From: the human T2T-CHM13v2.0 reference genome, Homo sapiens
Assembly (NCBI RefSeq): GCF_009914755.1
Contig: NC_060926.1
Direction: 5' to 3' (one strand)
Length of the DNA: 64,000 nucleotides
Shown: piece by piece, positions 12,145 to 24,537 of the stretch
Layout of the letters: every line of letters begins with the position of its first letter
Numbering within the stretch: position 1 is the first letter of the stretch
Program-made: the position numbers and the translations under genes
Notes under the pieces: generated by a model
Databases searched by the model: none
Told to the model about the DNA's origin: nothing
The model's input: the letters and a program-made list of their open reading frames with translations, nothing else

Positions 12145-15100
12145 TATTAGAAACTAAAGGCATTCAATTGTGCAGTGAGATAGACACTACAAAGAGTGAA
12201 AGAAGAAAGTCCCTGTGAACTTGCGATGGGAAGGTTGTGAAAGGTGTTGAGTCCTAATAGATCAGTTATATTCGGGAAGATGAAAATGTGAGTGGATGGC
12301 TTCTCCATGTGAAAGGTCAGGGGACCCCTGAAGGGAAGAGGACTGCCCATTTGTCCTGTGAGGCTTTTGATGTCCTATTAACTAAGATTAAACACTCTTA
12401 TAAGTGTTGCTCAGTAAATCAAGTTGCTAACTGAAGGGTGATTTTCTAGTCATTGATATGTAAGAACTATCATATCTGTAATAGATTCCTCCTCCTCCTC
12501 TGATGCTTACGGTCTAATTGTTAAGTGTAACAAATGATAAAATATTACAAGGCAAGGTAAGCTTGAAATTAATTAGTAATATCAAGTATAACTTACTGAC
12601 AGAGGAATGAGGAAGTTACACTTTTGACTGCATTCTAAAATTATACAAATATATAGAAAACCAATGGCAGAAGCAATATTTAGGCATAACCAGTGGGATT
12701 TATGGTATTTCATTTCATGATTCTTATGAAGGTGTTAATAAGCCAATAAGACTTACTACACCCTAACATCCCTAACAACTTCAGAATGTATTCTCTTGGC
12801 GTTTCCCTTCCCTTTTTCTCCTCCTACTCTACCTTGTCTCTTCCTCTTCTTTCTCTTTCTTCTTTGATTTGGATAAAGATCTGTGACTTTAGTAAATATT
12901 TAGATATGCAGGATAGAAACTGAGTGACTTAAACATTTCCTTACTCTCCCAAAAAGATACAGATGTGTGACAGATTGACAGACAGATGAATATAACAAGG
13001 GATATACACTAGCAAGCAACTCATCGTGTCTAATAGATGAAACAGAATTAAACAATGTTCAGTATTGAAAGATGTGTTTTAATGTGTCTTATTTCAATGT
13101 ACTTTGCCTCCCCTGATATCCCGAAACTATTATTTGTATAATCACCTGACTCTGCATGGTGAAAGGAACCCAAGGACTTGGCCTCAAGTTTCCTTTGGCA
13201 ATAGTGGAAGAAAAATCCCCAGTGGTAGAAAGTCAATTGGTAGAGACAATGCCAGGGACTCTTTAATGTCAGCGGATGCTCTAGGGCTATTGCACCAGAA
13301 TCTTCGACTATCTCTTGTTTTCTAGGGGAAAATTCATGGGAGAATTTGAATCTAGTACTAAATCTTTAAAAACAAATTGAACATTGTGGAAGTGTTAAAA
13401 AAGATGAAAATCTTTCCTTCCAAAAATTAGTCAAGCTCTTACAGTAGAATTTTCTCTTTCGATTTGTAAAAGATTTTCTAGAATGGGAAATGTGTTTTGT
13501 GCTATTATGGGAATTTTATAAGGAAAGAAATTGAGTAACCACTATGAAGTCTAAATCTAAGAGAAGGCTCAGTAATATCGTACTTTTCAAGGAATAAAGG
13601 AAGATTATTTTGAATCATTAGGGAATCTTGTCTTGGTTATGGAAACGAGAAATACCAGATTCAAAGAAATTTATTCATCACAGGCAGACATTATCTCAAA
13701 AGGACAAATGCGATGCCAATGTTTCTAAATACTCCTCCATACATAGCAACCTCTGTCATTTGTAGACAAATCTGATTGAGAAAACTTTATTTTATTTCTA
13801 AAGAGTTGTGAAAATCAGGAAAAAAAATACCATTAATATCAGCTCAAAGAGATGATGGAAGGTTTTCTTTTTTCTTTTTTACTGTGCCGACATAACCAAT
13901 TCATTAAATGACAACTCTTAAAAAATAAAGAGCAAAATAAAGAAACACACATCCCTTGTTGGGCATCTAGTGGGTAAACATGACAACAGCAGGTAAATTT
14001 CTCACGTTCTCAAGTTGTTTTGGTGTTACAATTCAGCTACATGTATACAGAGAAAAGCATACACGGTAAAATAATCTGCATTGTTTTACTGTCTTAATTC
14101 CTGTATATATGACACAGAAGGGTGGTGGGGTGAAAGGAAGATGTGAGGTTTTAAATATAGCAAAAAAAAAAAAAAAAAGAGAGATTTGACAACACTGGAC
14201 CTCAGTAGGCATGGGCAATTTGTTCAATATCTTCAGGTCTCCAGAGAGCAAGAATGACTCTCAGGATATTGCAACTCTGTCTGCTTCCACCAGAGATCAT
14301 AATTGGGCTATGAATTTTTATAACAGGAAAGTCTTCCTGTCAAAGACAGAGACTGACAAAAACTTTAGTTAACTGATACTGAAAGAAACTCAAAACAGAA
14401 TGAATAGTATACATGAGTATCACTTATATATATAGTGCCTTTACTTCTTTCTTCTTTTTTACTTTAAAAGTAAATTCCTGTTATAGTTTACTGGTTAGAG
14501 CTTCTAAAATGTAGCTTGTTTATGAGGATTGCTCAGCATACTGGTTTTCTGTCCAGGGACATGATGTGCATTTTGGGGAATTCAAAACCCGATTGAGGTG
14601 AGTAGAGGTCATTCATAAATCGAAACCAAATGATAGCAGAAGATATGAACTAAAGCTATTTCTTTATCTGCAAAGAGCTAATTGGGCATATTTCAGGCCA
14701 AGTCTCTGAAGACACAGCTCGTGAACTCTGTCTTCTTGATGCTGTGCTCATTATAGACACTCAACAGAGGACTGGCTAATGCTAGGGAAATCCCCATCAA
14801 GGTGGTCTTTACATGACACTGCAGATTTACCTCAGGAAGGGGAGCAAAGAGAAGGAAAATGCAGTGAGGGTTTCTAGCAACTAGCTGCTTGTGGAGTACT
14901 GTTTGCCTTGTCTAATTTATCTGAAACTGAAGAGTTTGTCTCTAAAGGGTATCCTACTTCAGAAAATCTCAAGGGACATTTGTCTTTCTGACATATCAGC
15001 TGTTAGCTAGACCTTATTTCTTACTTGGTTGTTTTTAGAGTAAATTTTGGTTCTTTGGTCCTTTGTCTGCTATTTGAGGTGGAGGATTAAATACTGCATA

Positions 15101-16093
15101 GATGACCTATGTATGTATAGAACAACCTAATTTTGCCACAGATACCAAAACACTATAACGATAATCTTCAATTAATCCAATTATTATCTAAATTTCATAA
15201 CCCGTCCTCAATTATCTACCTTAATATTTCTAGGTAAAGAGAGATGTACTGCATTGACTTCCTGTTTTTAAAGGGTAAAACAGCAAGAGAAAGAAAGACA
15301 TTGTAGATATTCACAATGTTGTATGTGAGGAAGTTTTTGAATGGCTTCAGAAACCCAAATGAATATATTGAGAAAGCAGCATTGTGAGTTCTGTCTACAT
15401 GTGAACCCAAAACTAGGATTTGAGGTAATCCATTTTCAGAAAGAAGTGATGGAGTTTGAATTCTAGGAAATCTTCCTGAATAAAATGGCCATGTGTTGTA
15501 AAGTTTAGATATTTATAACCCAAAATAGAAGGAATTTTGCTAGGTGATCTCTCCAGTTCCTTTTCAGTTATGAGAGTCTGATTTCTTCCCATGAAAAGTG
15601 TAGAAAAACTTCCTTTACTGTTATATGAATGTTATAAAATGTATGCTTGTCCATGAATTAGCTGATCAAAGATAATACATGAAAAAGTATTCAAAATACT
15701 CTGTGAATCTTTTTTTTAAAAAACTCTCTTTAAATAGATTTTTGTATTCAGAAGTTATGCTTTGTAAATACATTTTAAATTTCAGATTTAAACATTATCA
15801 AGACAAAATTGTGACTATGTGCATGTAAAACTAGAGAGCACTGGAAAATATGGTGGATGGTAAGGGCCTTTTGCAAGGTAATTAACTTATCTATTGAGTT
15901 TTTTTTTTTTAATTTCTAAGTACTTAATTGACTCTCCCACTAAAATTTAAACATATACAAATAATTTTTCATTCAGAAGATAGGCGTTTGATTTATAACA
16001 TCAACATATCATCACAAAAACTTAGAGAATGAGAATATCTTAATGGGCACCTGGTCTAAACATTTTAATTTTACCAGGTAAAAAGGTGGAAGT

Positions 16094-16289
16094 GGCATGG
16101 CATGGTGGCTCATGTCTGTAATCCCAGCACTCTGGGAGGCCGGGGTGGGCGGATAACTAGGTCAGGAGATCGAGACAATGCCGGCTAACACGGTGAAACC
16201 CCGTCTCCACTAAAAATGCAAAAAATTAGCTTGGTGTGGTGGCGCGCGCCTGTAGTCCCAGCTACTTGGGAGGCTGAGGCAGGAGAATG
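16094..16289 (+). mobile_element. AluY-like element lacking its 3' third and poly-A
   Basis: GGAGATCGAGAC...GGCTAACACGGTGAAACCCCG diagnostics; sequence stops after GCAGGAGAATG. Confidence 0.9.
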
Positions 16290-18755
16290 TTTCTTTAAAA
16301 ATAACATCATTAGAAACCATACAAAACAGAACTGCAAATACTCCCTTCTAAGGTGTAAGGTATTCCAACATTTCTTGTTTGGACGTTAGAATTTTTTCTT
16401 CAGTAAGAAATTAAGTTGAAAATGAAGTAGAACATCTTACACTGTAATTCAAGTGCAATACATTAAAAAAATAAAAACAGTGTTTAAATTGGGAAAATCC
16501 GTTTACATGTGATTAAGTTTTAATCAGTGCCCTTAACACAGATCTCAACAGCTAAAAATGTTCTTAGCTTGACAAAATAACAACCCATCCCCAAGGACAA
16601 ATACTTAAATCAAAGAAGCATTTTATAAATAAAAAAATTCACGCACACATACACACACAGACCCCCACAATACATGAAACATATAATAATGTTTGTCTTT
16701 ATTTGTAATGAAGTGGATTTTATACTGAATTCAGAACACAGATGCAAATTCAACAGTTGAACTCAATCAAATAAGTAATCTTATATAAAAGGATATCTCC
16801 CTCCAGCATATACTTATCCTGTGTGACAGATATCTCTGTAATAAAGTAAATTCCTTCAACTCAAGCAGATTGTCCGAAATGGAAACACAATGAAAGGATG
16901 ATTATACTCAAATAATCAACAGAAGAGCAAAATATAAAAATGCGAACATTTTCTGAATAACGCAGATGCCCTCCCTCCAAAAGAATTACATGTGAGGGAA
17001 TATCTATATTGTCATAATTACTGGATAAGCTGCCCAATAGCTATTATACTAATGTTTCATTAAAAATATATATTTGCTTTATGCTTTTGCAACTTGCAAA
17101 GTTATTCCTAGCAAAAAGTTATTTCTCCTGAAACAGAATAAATAGGTCTTTCACAATATGCACTGGAATACATATTTTTGAAAAACAAGATCTCCACTCA
17201 CCTCTAATTCTATCTTTCTGCTGGTGATTACTGATATATTTATTTTAAAATACATACTTTATAGGAAGTATCGTTACAATTAATATTTAGGACAACATTA
17301 TAATTCGTGTTTTAGAAACTACTAAGGCAAGAGGACAGCTCCTACCATTCTACAAAAGTCTTTCAGTTAAGAAGTGACTAATTAATGGACTGAGTGGCTC
17401 AGAGCAGGGAGCCAGTCCTTAGCCAATAAAGCCCAACTCACTGCCACCCCACTGCCCCATATTCTCTGTCCTCTCTGCTGGAACTGTCTTGTGCTGAATA
17501 CATGAACACCTAAATATTCAACTCACTCCTGCCATTTCTCCGGTGAGCAATCTTCCACAACCTGTGCCTGAGACTTGGAGGCTGTTTGTGGTCCACAGGC
17601 TTTAGGCGCCCTAGGGAAAGCCACGTGCACTAGTGCATCTGGATGAACTGTGGACTTTGTCTATCCGCGGTAATTCAACTTCCTAAGAGCTACATTGACT
17701 CATTGATTTGTATCCAGGCTCCGGGCTCCCAATTCCCACACAACGTAAGCTCCCTGCAGCCAGGGGATTTGGTAGGTTTGCCGTGTTGTTTAGTTTCTCT
17801 CCCCTGCGACCCTCTCTCTGAGCCTCACAGTGTGTTTGGCACGTGGTAGGTGCTCGGTAAACCTACTTTGAATGGGAGAGGGTTGTGTTGAAGAAAGGAA
17901 AGGCTGGGAGGACTTAAGATTTGAAGGTTTTCCTACACGTGTCCAGGAAGAAAGAAAAAGAAAAAAGAAATGAGTATCAGAGTCTTATCATCATTACAGT
18001 TCTTATGGTTTTTAACCGACCTTTAGGAGTTCCACCGACGTGACCCAAGCAGCTGGTAGGAGAATCTGGGCTGGATTCGGAAGGCGCAGCTACAGGACGC
18101 CCGCTGCCCCGGATCGGAAGGCGCAGCACCTCAGGCCACAATCTCAGACACGCCCTCGGGTCCCGACAGGTGTTGCCCGCCTCCCACGGGGCTCCGCGAC
18201 CCCGGTCCCCGGGCTGCCCCCTGCCTTCTGGGGCGCTGGAGCGCGCGCAGTGGCGGAGCTGGAGCCACCCAGGGCTTCGCACGGGCGCGCTCCGCTTCTC
18301 CGGGTTTTAGCGGAAGCCTGCGGGGGGCGGGGTAACCGCGGAAGCCGGCGGCCGTGGGCGCGCGGGTGGGGGGCTCTCGCGCCGCTCCGGGCTCTCCCCC
18401 CCCCCGGCTGCGGTTGCCGAAGAGAGGCCGGAGCGCGGCGCCCGGCTGCTCCACCTGGCGCGCTGAGCACCGCGCGGGGAGCCCCCGGGGGCGGGCGGTG
18501 GGGGGCGCGGACTGCGGGAAGAAGGCACGAGGCGTCGCCGCAGCTCGGTCAGGGGCCGGGGCCCCGCCGCTCGCCGCTGCACTAACTTGCCGCTTGGTCT
18601 CGCCTCGCCGCCGCGGCTCGCTGCGCTTTGGGTGGCGGGGAGCGGGGAGAGCGGGGAGTCAGAGGGTCTGCGGTGGCCGAGGGAGGGACCCTACGACGGG
18701 GAGCCCGCCCGGTGCCGCTCTTCTTCCCCTCCCCGCCCCTCCGCTCCCCCCACCC

Positions 18756-18945
18756 CGTCCCTTCCGCCGATTCCGGGAGCGACGGGCGCCCGTGACCTGC
18801 GAACGCTGCCAAGTGACGGTCCCCGAGTCTGAAGCGCCCGCGAGGAAGCGAGCGCCAGCGCGGGCCGCCGGCGATGACGGCCGCGAAGCAGGAGCCGCAG
18901 CCCACCCCGGGGGCCAGGGCGAGCCAGGCGCAGCCGGCGGACCAG
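18756..18945 (+). other. OXR1: First exon of the host gene (start approximate); tentatively the 5' exon of OXR1
   Basis: Strong donor CAG|GTGAGA after 18945 in the island core, preceded by a C-rich GC-box promoter. Gene identity rests only on recall of the OXR1 5' leader and on the compatible layout (gene-poor upstream region, >44 kb exon-free intron). Needs BLAT confirmation. Confidence 0.45.
18874..18945 (+). CDS. ATG-initiated 24-codon segment MTAAKQEPQPTPGARASQAQPADQ running to the exon donor in phase 0 (N-terminal coding segment or uORF)
   Basis: GCCGGCG-ATG context (G at -3); exactly 72 nt from ATG to the GT donor at 18946. Translation cannot be shown from sequence alone. Confidence 0.4.
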
Positions 18946-19079
18946 GTGAGAGTCGGCAGCCGCGGCCAGGCCCTCCCGGGAGGGGTGGCTCCAGTGCGCG
19001 CTCCGCCCGCCTCCCGGCTCCCAGGCTGGGCTCCCGCGCCTCCCTCTTCTCACCCTCCCCCGCCCCGCCCCAGTTCCAG

Positions 19080-19189
19080 GCTCTCCTGCTTCTCCACGGA
19101 CTCTGCGGGAAGTTAGAGCCTCTGCGTGCGCTCCGGGGCCCGGCGAGAGGATGCGCAAGGTGGAGAGCCGCGGGGAAGGGGGCAGAGAG
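19080..19189 (+). other. Candidate alternative first exon (start approximate) with ATG at 19151 (MRKVESRGEGGRE)
   Basis: Donor GAG|GTAAAG after 19189; own upstream GC box (CCCCGCCCCGCCCC, ~19057-19071); 39 nt from ATG to donor, phase 0. Confidence 0.4.
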
Positions 19190-19831
19190 GTAAAGGCTGA
19201 AGGTGCCCCGGGGAACCCCGGCGGGCGGCCCACCGAGGGAGGGAGAGGCGGCCGGGACCAAGGAATGGGGCCTCTTGGTTCCCCATTAACGCACGCTGAA
19301 GAAATCTGCTGCGCTCCTGACGGCCGCTCACCGGGTTCGAGCCCCGTCCTCCTATAGCCGGGGCGCTCGCTGGCCAAAGCGACCCGAGCAGGCGAATGAC
19401 CTTTAGGCGGACGGGGTTTTCCCTCTGCTTTCTTGTTTCTTTTGAGGAGACGGGTGTGTGTTTGTGAGGTGGGGATGGGGGAAGAGTGTCCCAGACATCC
19501 GTAGTCTGCTGAGCGGAACGGAGCTTGGGGAGCGGCGAGGCATTAACGATTAAGTGGAGCCGGGAAGGCGCTGGCTTTGGTGATGTGTTGGGTTTGGATG
19601 TGTCGCGTCTGCACAGATGAGGTGCCCTGCGTGGGCTGAGGGTTATTCCTGTCTCTTTCCCGTCCGTCTACACCCGCCAACCCCTTTTTGTTTTGGTCTT
19701 TAGAAATCTGTAGCATAACCGTACCGTCGTGGATCCCCATCTCGTCTCTGTCCCTGATCTGGGGTGATTTGGGACTTCGGTGTCGCTCTTTTTCCAAAGT
19801 TGGAGGGTCGGGAGCGCCGAGACACCCTGGC

Positions 19832-19852
19832 GAGGAGGAGGAGGAGGAGGAG
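19832..19852 (+). repeat. (GAG)7 trinucleotide repeat in the CpG island
   Basis: Direct reading. Confidence 0.9.
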
Positions 19853-22625
19853 GGAGGCTGCGCTGAGCCGGGTGCAGGTGCGCTCACGTTTGCATCAATT
19901 AGGAACTCCGGGCAGAGAGAGCTGCACTTAGGTCAGGGATTAACTGTGGACCCGCGGGACCCAAGCGCTGGGGTAGGAGGACTGGGGATCTTTGTTCGGA
20001 GTGCGCTGCGAAGGCTGCTGGAGGCGGACACCCTCCCAGCTTATTGCTAGCGTGGGATAGAGGGAGCGCACGCGGCTAGGCTCCAGCAGCGACTCGGCTT
20101 TTCGCGTATTCTAAGCACTGAAGAGCCTCTTAAGGGGAGCTGTCCAAATCGCCCAGGAGTGGTGGCGAGACACAGGAGGCCATGCCAGCGATGCTGTTAT
20201 TAATATTGCAGACTTGGTCATCTCTCCTGGCTTGCGGTTTCTTTTCTCCTCTTCCCTCCCCTTCTCTTTTCTCTCACATGTGTTTCACACAGGTGGTGGG
20301 GATTACTCAATGACTTACAGCTCCCTTCTCGTTTATTAGTGGGAGGGGGTTGAATGTTGGCAGTTCTTACAAAGCATTTGTTTTCTTAAACGATCCTGTT
20401 TGATCCATACTCTGAGATAAGTATGAAAATATTAAAACATCATACGTTCCTTCCTTTTATACCCCTTCCTCCTAATCCCCAGCACACATCAGAATGTAAA
20501 CATTGGTTAGCAGATATAGAAAAATAATTTCAGAACGGGAACATGGATTGAACATCCTCTTTCAGGCTGACAGCCCTTAAATTTCATTAACAAGCCGCCG
20601 AGCCTCTCTACTGCTCTGGGAATGATGCTACCAGTAAGAAAGATTAGCCAGGTGAGAGTCCCCACATGAAATCTTTGCTCACTAACCTGTGACACCAGCT
20701 GGTTACTTGAGGCGCTGCAAACAGTTCAGTGATGGTGGAAGTGGGATGCAGAAGCAGAGCAGAGCAGAGCACACAGGAGCTGAAAATGTATGTGTAGATA
20801 GTGGACACGCTGTCTATACACAACAAATCCCCTTGTCAGGATTAATCTGGTACTTAAAATTCATATGAAGAGATAGGTGCAAGCTCGAATCCATTTTTCT
20901 TGTTAGTGTGCATTTTTTAATAGCCACTTCAAATATTCAGGGAGTGGCTACTTTGCAGAACTCTTGTTTTAATAGAGTATTTTAAGTGCCTTTCTGAGTA
21001 TTGACATGATTTGAAAATGTCAGTTTTATGAATCTTATGCATGTGTTCTAATAGATTGATTTTACAAAGAAAGTCAACTGAAATATACACATGGCACCTC
21101 GCAGTGAGGGTGTTTCAAGCACTCCCAGGAAATACTCATATCTAGCATATTTTTGTTCAAAGCTTGACATATGAAACGATGGAAAAAGAATGTGAATGAT
21201 TTTTGTGACAGCTTAAACTACTTTCCGTAAGACTACTAAGCTTTTATTAGCCATATTAGTCATTATGGTTTAATTCTGCAATTGCCACACAACTCTCGTG
21301 CAATACTAGATATAATATAGCTTCATAAAGATGTGATTAGTTGTGTGTTTTCTATAATATTTCATAAAAAAGATTCATAAATTTAAATTAAAATGTACCT
21401 TTATGAAATTTTACCTAGTGGTTAAATAGGGCACATGTTCCAACAAATCAATCACTATGCATTGATTTTGAATGATTTAAGCTATTGCATGTTTCCAAGA
21501 ATGTCTTCTAGTTTCTATGGTGAAGATTTTTATGAAACCTCAAAGATGCCTTGTCCTGAGGCCATCAAACACCTATTTCCACTTATAGCACAGTGGAAGA
21601 CCATAATCCTTCCTGTAACTGAAAATGGTTATGAACCATATAATTTGGTTACAGTTACAGTCCTGTAGAGGGCTCAACCTTCCTCTTTTATTTGATCTGT
21701 TAGTGTCCTCTGGCACAGGGTGCCATGACAAGAGGACATGCCCTCCCTCCCTAGAGAATGGTGACAACAAGAATAGGAGGGACCGTGTAGGGACCGTGTA
21801 TTTTATGAATATTCTGAATCATTGGAAATATTTTTATCATCTTAGTAATCTTTCTTTTAAAGATTCTTTGATTACAAAATATTTATGACAGTTATTTTTG
21901 TTGCTTTCACAACACTCCACATTTACAAAATATCTAAAAACAAATGCCTTGACATGACTAGACACAATCATTTCTTAACATGATCAATATCTCAATTAAC
22001 ATTGAAAGAGCTAAGAACTCTAGTGGCTAATTGTAATTTATTATTATTTTTAAAAATCACTTCCTGAATGCTTGCCACAGGCAGAGTACTATTCTTAGGG
22101 TTCATAAAGTAACATTTCTTGAATGTATTTTTCTATTTGATTCTCAAAGCAGTTTTTTGAGATGAGTCCTGTTTTTATTCCTATTTTAGAGATGAGAATA
22201 CAGAGGATTAAGGAAGTTATTGTGGAAGTGAGACTTAGCCAGGAACTCATGGAGGTCTGAAGCCTCAACTTTTAACTTCTATACAATCATGATACAACAT
22301 ATTTCTATTGTAAGAATGAAAATAATTGCAAATTATATGTGTATGTGTGCACATGTGCACAAATTTACCTTGAATATAAAACAAATGAATAATTTGTTTA
22401 AAGCTTCAACTATACAAGTAAATCACAGCTCTGCTAATTTTAGTTAATATCACGCTACTGATCTAAATAATATAAAAGAACAAGATAGATCCTCATAAAT
22501 TTATAGGAGCTTTTTTTGATCTTTGTATCATTTGTCTCTGATGACGAGACTCTCAACGTTTGTTAAATGAGTATATATATATTTTTAATGGTCAATCAGA
22601 CAAGGTTTAGAGTTTGTTCACATTT

Positions 22626-22639
22626 CCACCAGGTGGCAC
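22626..22639 (+). promoter_or_regulatory. Candidate CTCF site
   Basis: CCACCAGGTGGCAC closely matches the CTCF core consensus CCACYAGRKGGC. Confidence 0.55.
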
Positions 22640-23399
22640 CCTTCTGCTGACTCCAGTGGGTAAAAATATTGCCTAAAAAGCGTGGCTGTTCTCTCAGCTC
22701 CAAAAGCAAAACAAAAATAACCACACAAAAACAAAAACAACAAAAACAAAACCATCCCACTTTTTAGAGTATGACTAAAAAGCATATTTTTAAAAGCAAC
22801 TATTTGACTACAAAGACAGCACTTGTTATGCATTTTCTTTAAAAAAATGCATTTTGGTAAAAAACCAATCTCTTACAATTGAACGTGAAGCTGTCACTTG
22901 ATGAAATAATTCATGACCAGAATTGAGATCAAATGTGTAATGTGTAAAATGCCTTCTCTGAAATATCGATGTGCTTTAGACATTTAGGTAATATCAACTT
23001 AAAATGTTTTAATACAGAAATTGGTATTCAGTATTTTTATTTTACCTTTGGTCTAGCAAACCAGATTAAATATTCAAACATATGCTTAATGAAAAATTGC
23101 AAAAGAGTTATTCTTCCATGTGCCCTTTGCTAATATATACACATCATAATTTGATCAATAAACTATTGTTTTTAAAACACAACCATGAAAAGAGCTTTCA
23201 TAAATCATATTGAAAAATTTTAATTAATAAAAAACATATTACTTCGAATTATTCAACATATAAAATGTCATATTTAATTGGGAGTAGAGTTCTATATAAT
23301 TTGGTTATAAAAGATAATATACATTAAATAAAGATGTTATATGGAAGTCTATGATTTGAGAGAAAATATGCATTTCCTACTCTCCCTGAATTTCTTATT

Positions 23400-23507
23400 T
23401 TTATATGTAAATATTATATATTATATAAATTTATAATATAAATATATATATAAATTTATAATATAAATATATATTATATAAATTTATAATATAAATATTA
23501 TATATAA
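23400..23507. repeat. AT-only tandem repeat (~25-nt unit ATATAAATTTATAATATAAATAT, about 3 copies)
   Basis: Direct reading. Confidence 0.85.
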
Positions 23508-24196
23508 GGCATTTTGTTTATTAAGAACATACAACAAATATCTCTTGCTTAGAATCTTCTAATATATCTATATATCTGTTTGATTATTTCAGGATCTGAG
23601 CAAATGGTACATTTTAAAAAGATTAAATTATATAAAACAACTTAAAGAAAATTGTATTATTAAATATCAATGCTGCATTATCTTATGAAGCACATTACAT
23701 TGGAAACAAAACAACCAAATTTCTCCCAGTCTCAGTAAAAATAAAGCAAATTCAAAATTTTGGTTTCTTGAATTATTTATGATTACAGAATGTCTTAAGC
23801 TTTACTACTTATAGGCACATTTTAAATTTACTTACAGTGTGACATGTAGCAGACACAATGCCAGAATGCTGTGACTAAGATTGTGAGATTTTGTGCTATC
23901 AACAACAAATATTTATTCATCACTGTCTATGGGTTATGCACTGGAAGTCACAGAGTCAAGTTCATATCCCAGGTCCGCCAAAGACCAGTGTGTTTTCTTG
24001 GGCAGGATAACTGAATTTCCCCATTTCACCTGTGAATGGAGGTGACTGCAGTTCCCTTTAGATGTTTGTTCTAACGGTTAAATGAAATAATATGTAGGAG
24101 TTTTTGAATAAGGTCTGACTCATACCAAGTCTTCTTATTAAATGTGTAGTCTGGGAATAAGAGCCTAGACAAAATAGAAAAAAAAAAAAAAATCTG

Positions 24197-24537
24197 GGCC
24201 TGGTGCAGTGGCTCCCACTTGTAATCCCAACACTTTGGGAGGCTGAGATAGATGGATTGAGCCTAGGAGTTCTAGACCAGCGTGGGCAACGTAATGTGAC
24301 TTTGTCTCTAAAACAAACAAACAAACAAAAAACAAAAAAGAAAATAAAAAGAAAAGAAAGAAAGAAAGAATTATCAGGGTTTAGTGACATACTCCTGTGG
24401 TCCCAGCTACTCAGGAGGCTGCGGTGGGAGGATTGCTTGAACCTGGGAGGTCAAGACCACAGTGAGCTGAGATTGTGCCACTGCACTCTAGCTTGGGCAA
24501 CAGAACGAGACCGTCTCAAAAAAAAAAAAAAAAAAAA
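24197..24537 (+). mobile_element. AluJ with expanded A-rich middle linker
   Basis: Diverged Alu dimer with J-type right arm (GTGGGAGGATTGCTTGA...GGTCAAG); linker expanded to (CAAA)n/(GAAA)n. Confidence 0.92.

Larger units (their letters stand above)
17990..20200. promoter_or_regulatory. CpG-island promoter of a + strand gene
   Basis: Abrupt switch from AT-rich DNA to very GC-rich, CpG-dense sequence; GC boxes (CCCCGCCCC at 18731 and 19057), several CGGAAG ETS-type motifs, consensus + strand splice donors inside the island. Confidence 0.95.

Noticed and set aside
17977-20050. Many long overlapping ORFs (up to 279 aa) on both strands of the CpG island
   Set aside because: Expected from stop-codon scarcity in GC-rich DNA; Arg/Gly/Pro/Ala-rich with no domain, and several read through splice donors.
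23400-23507. Repeat array as a CRISPR-like or functional locus
   Set aside because: Simple AT tandem repeat without unique spacers, in eukaryotic DNA.
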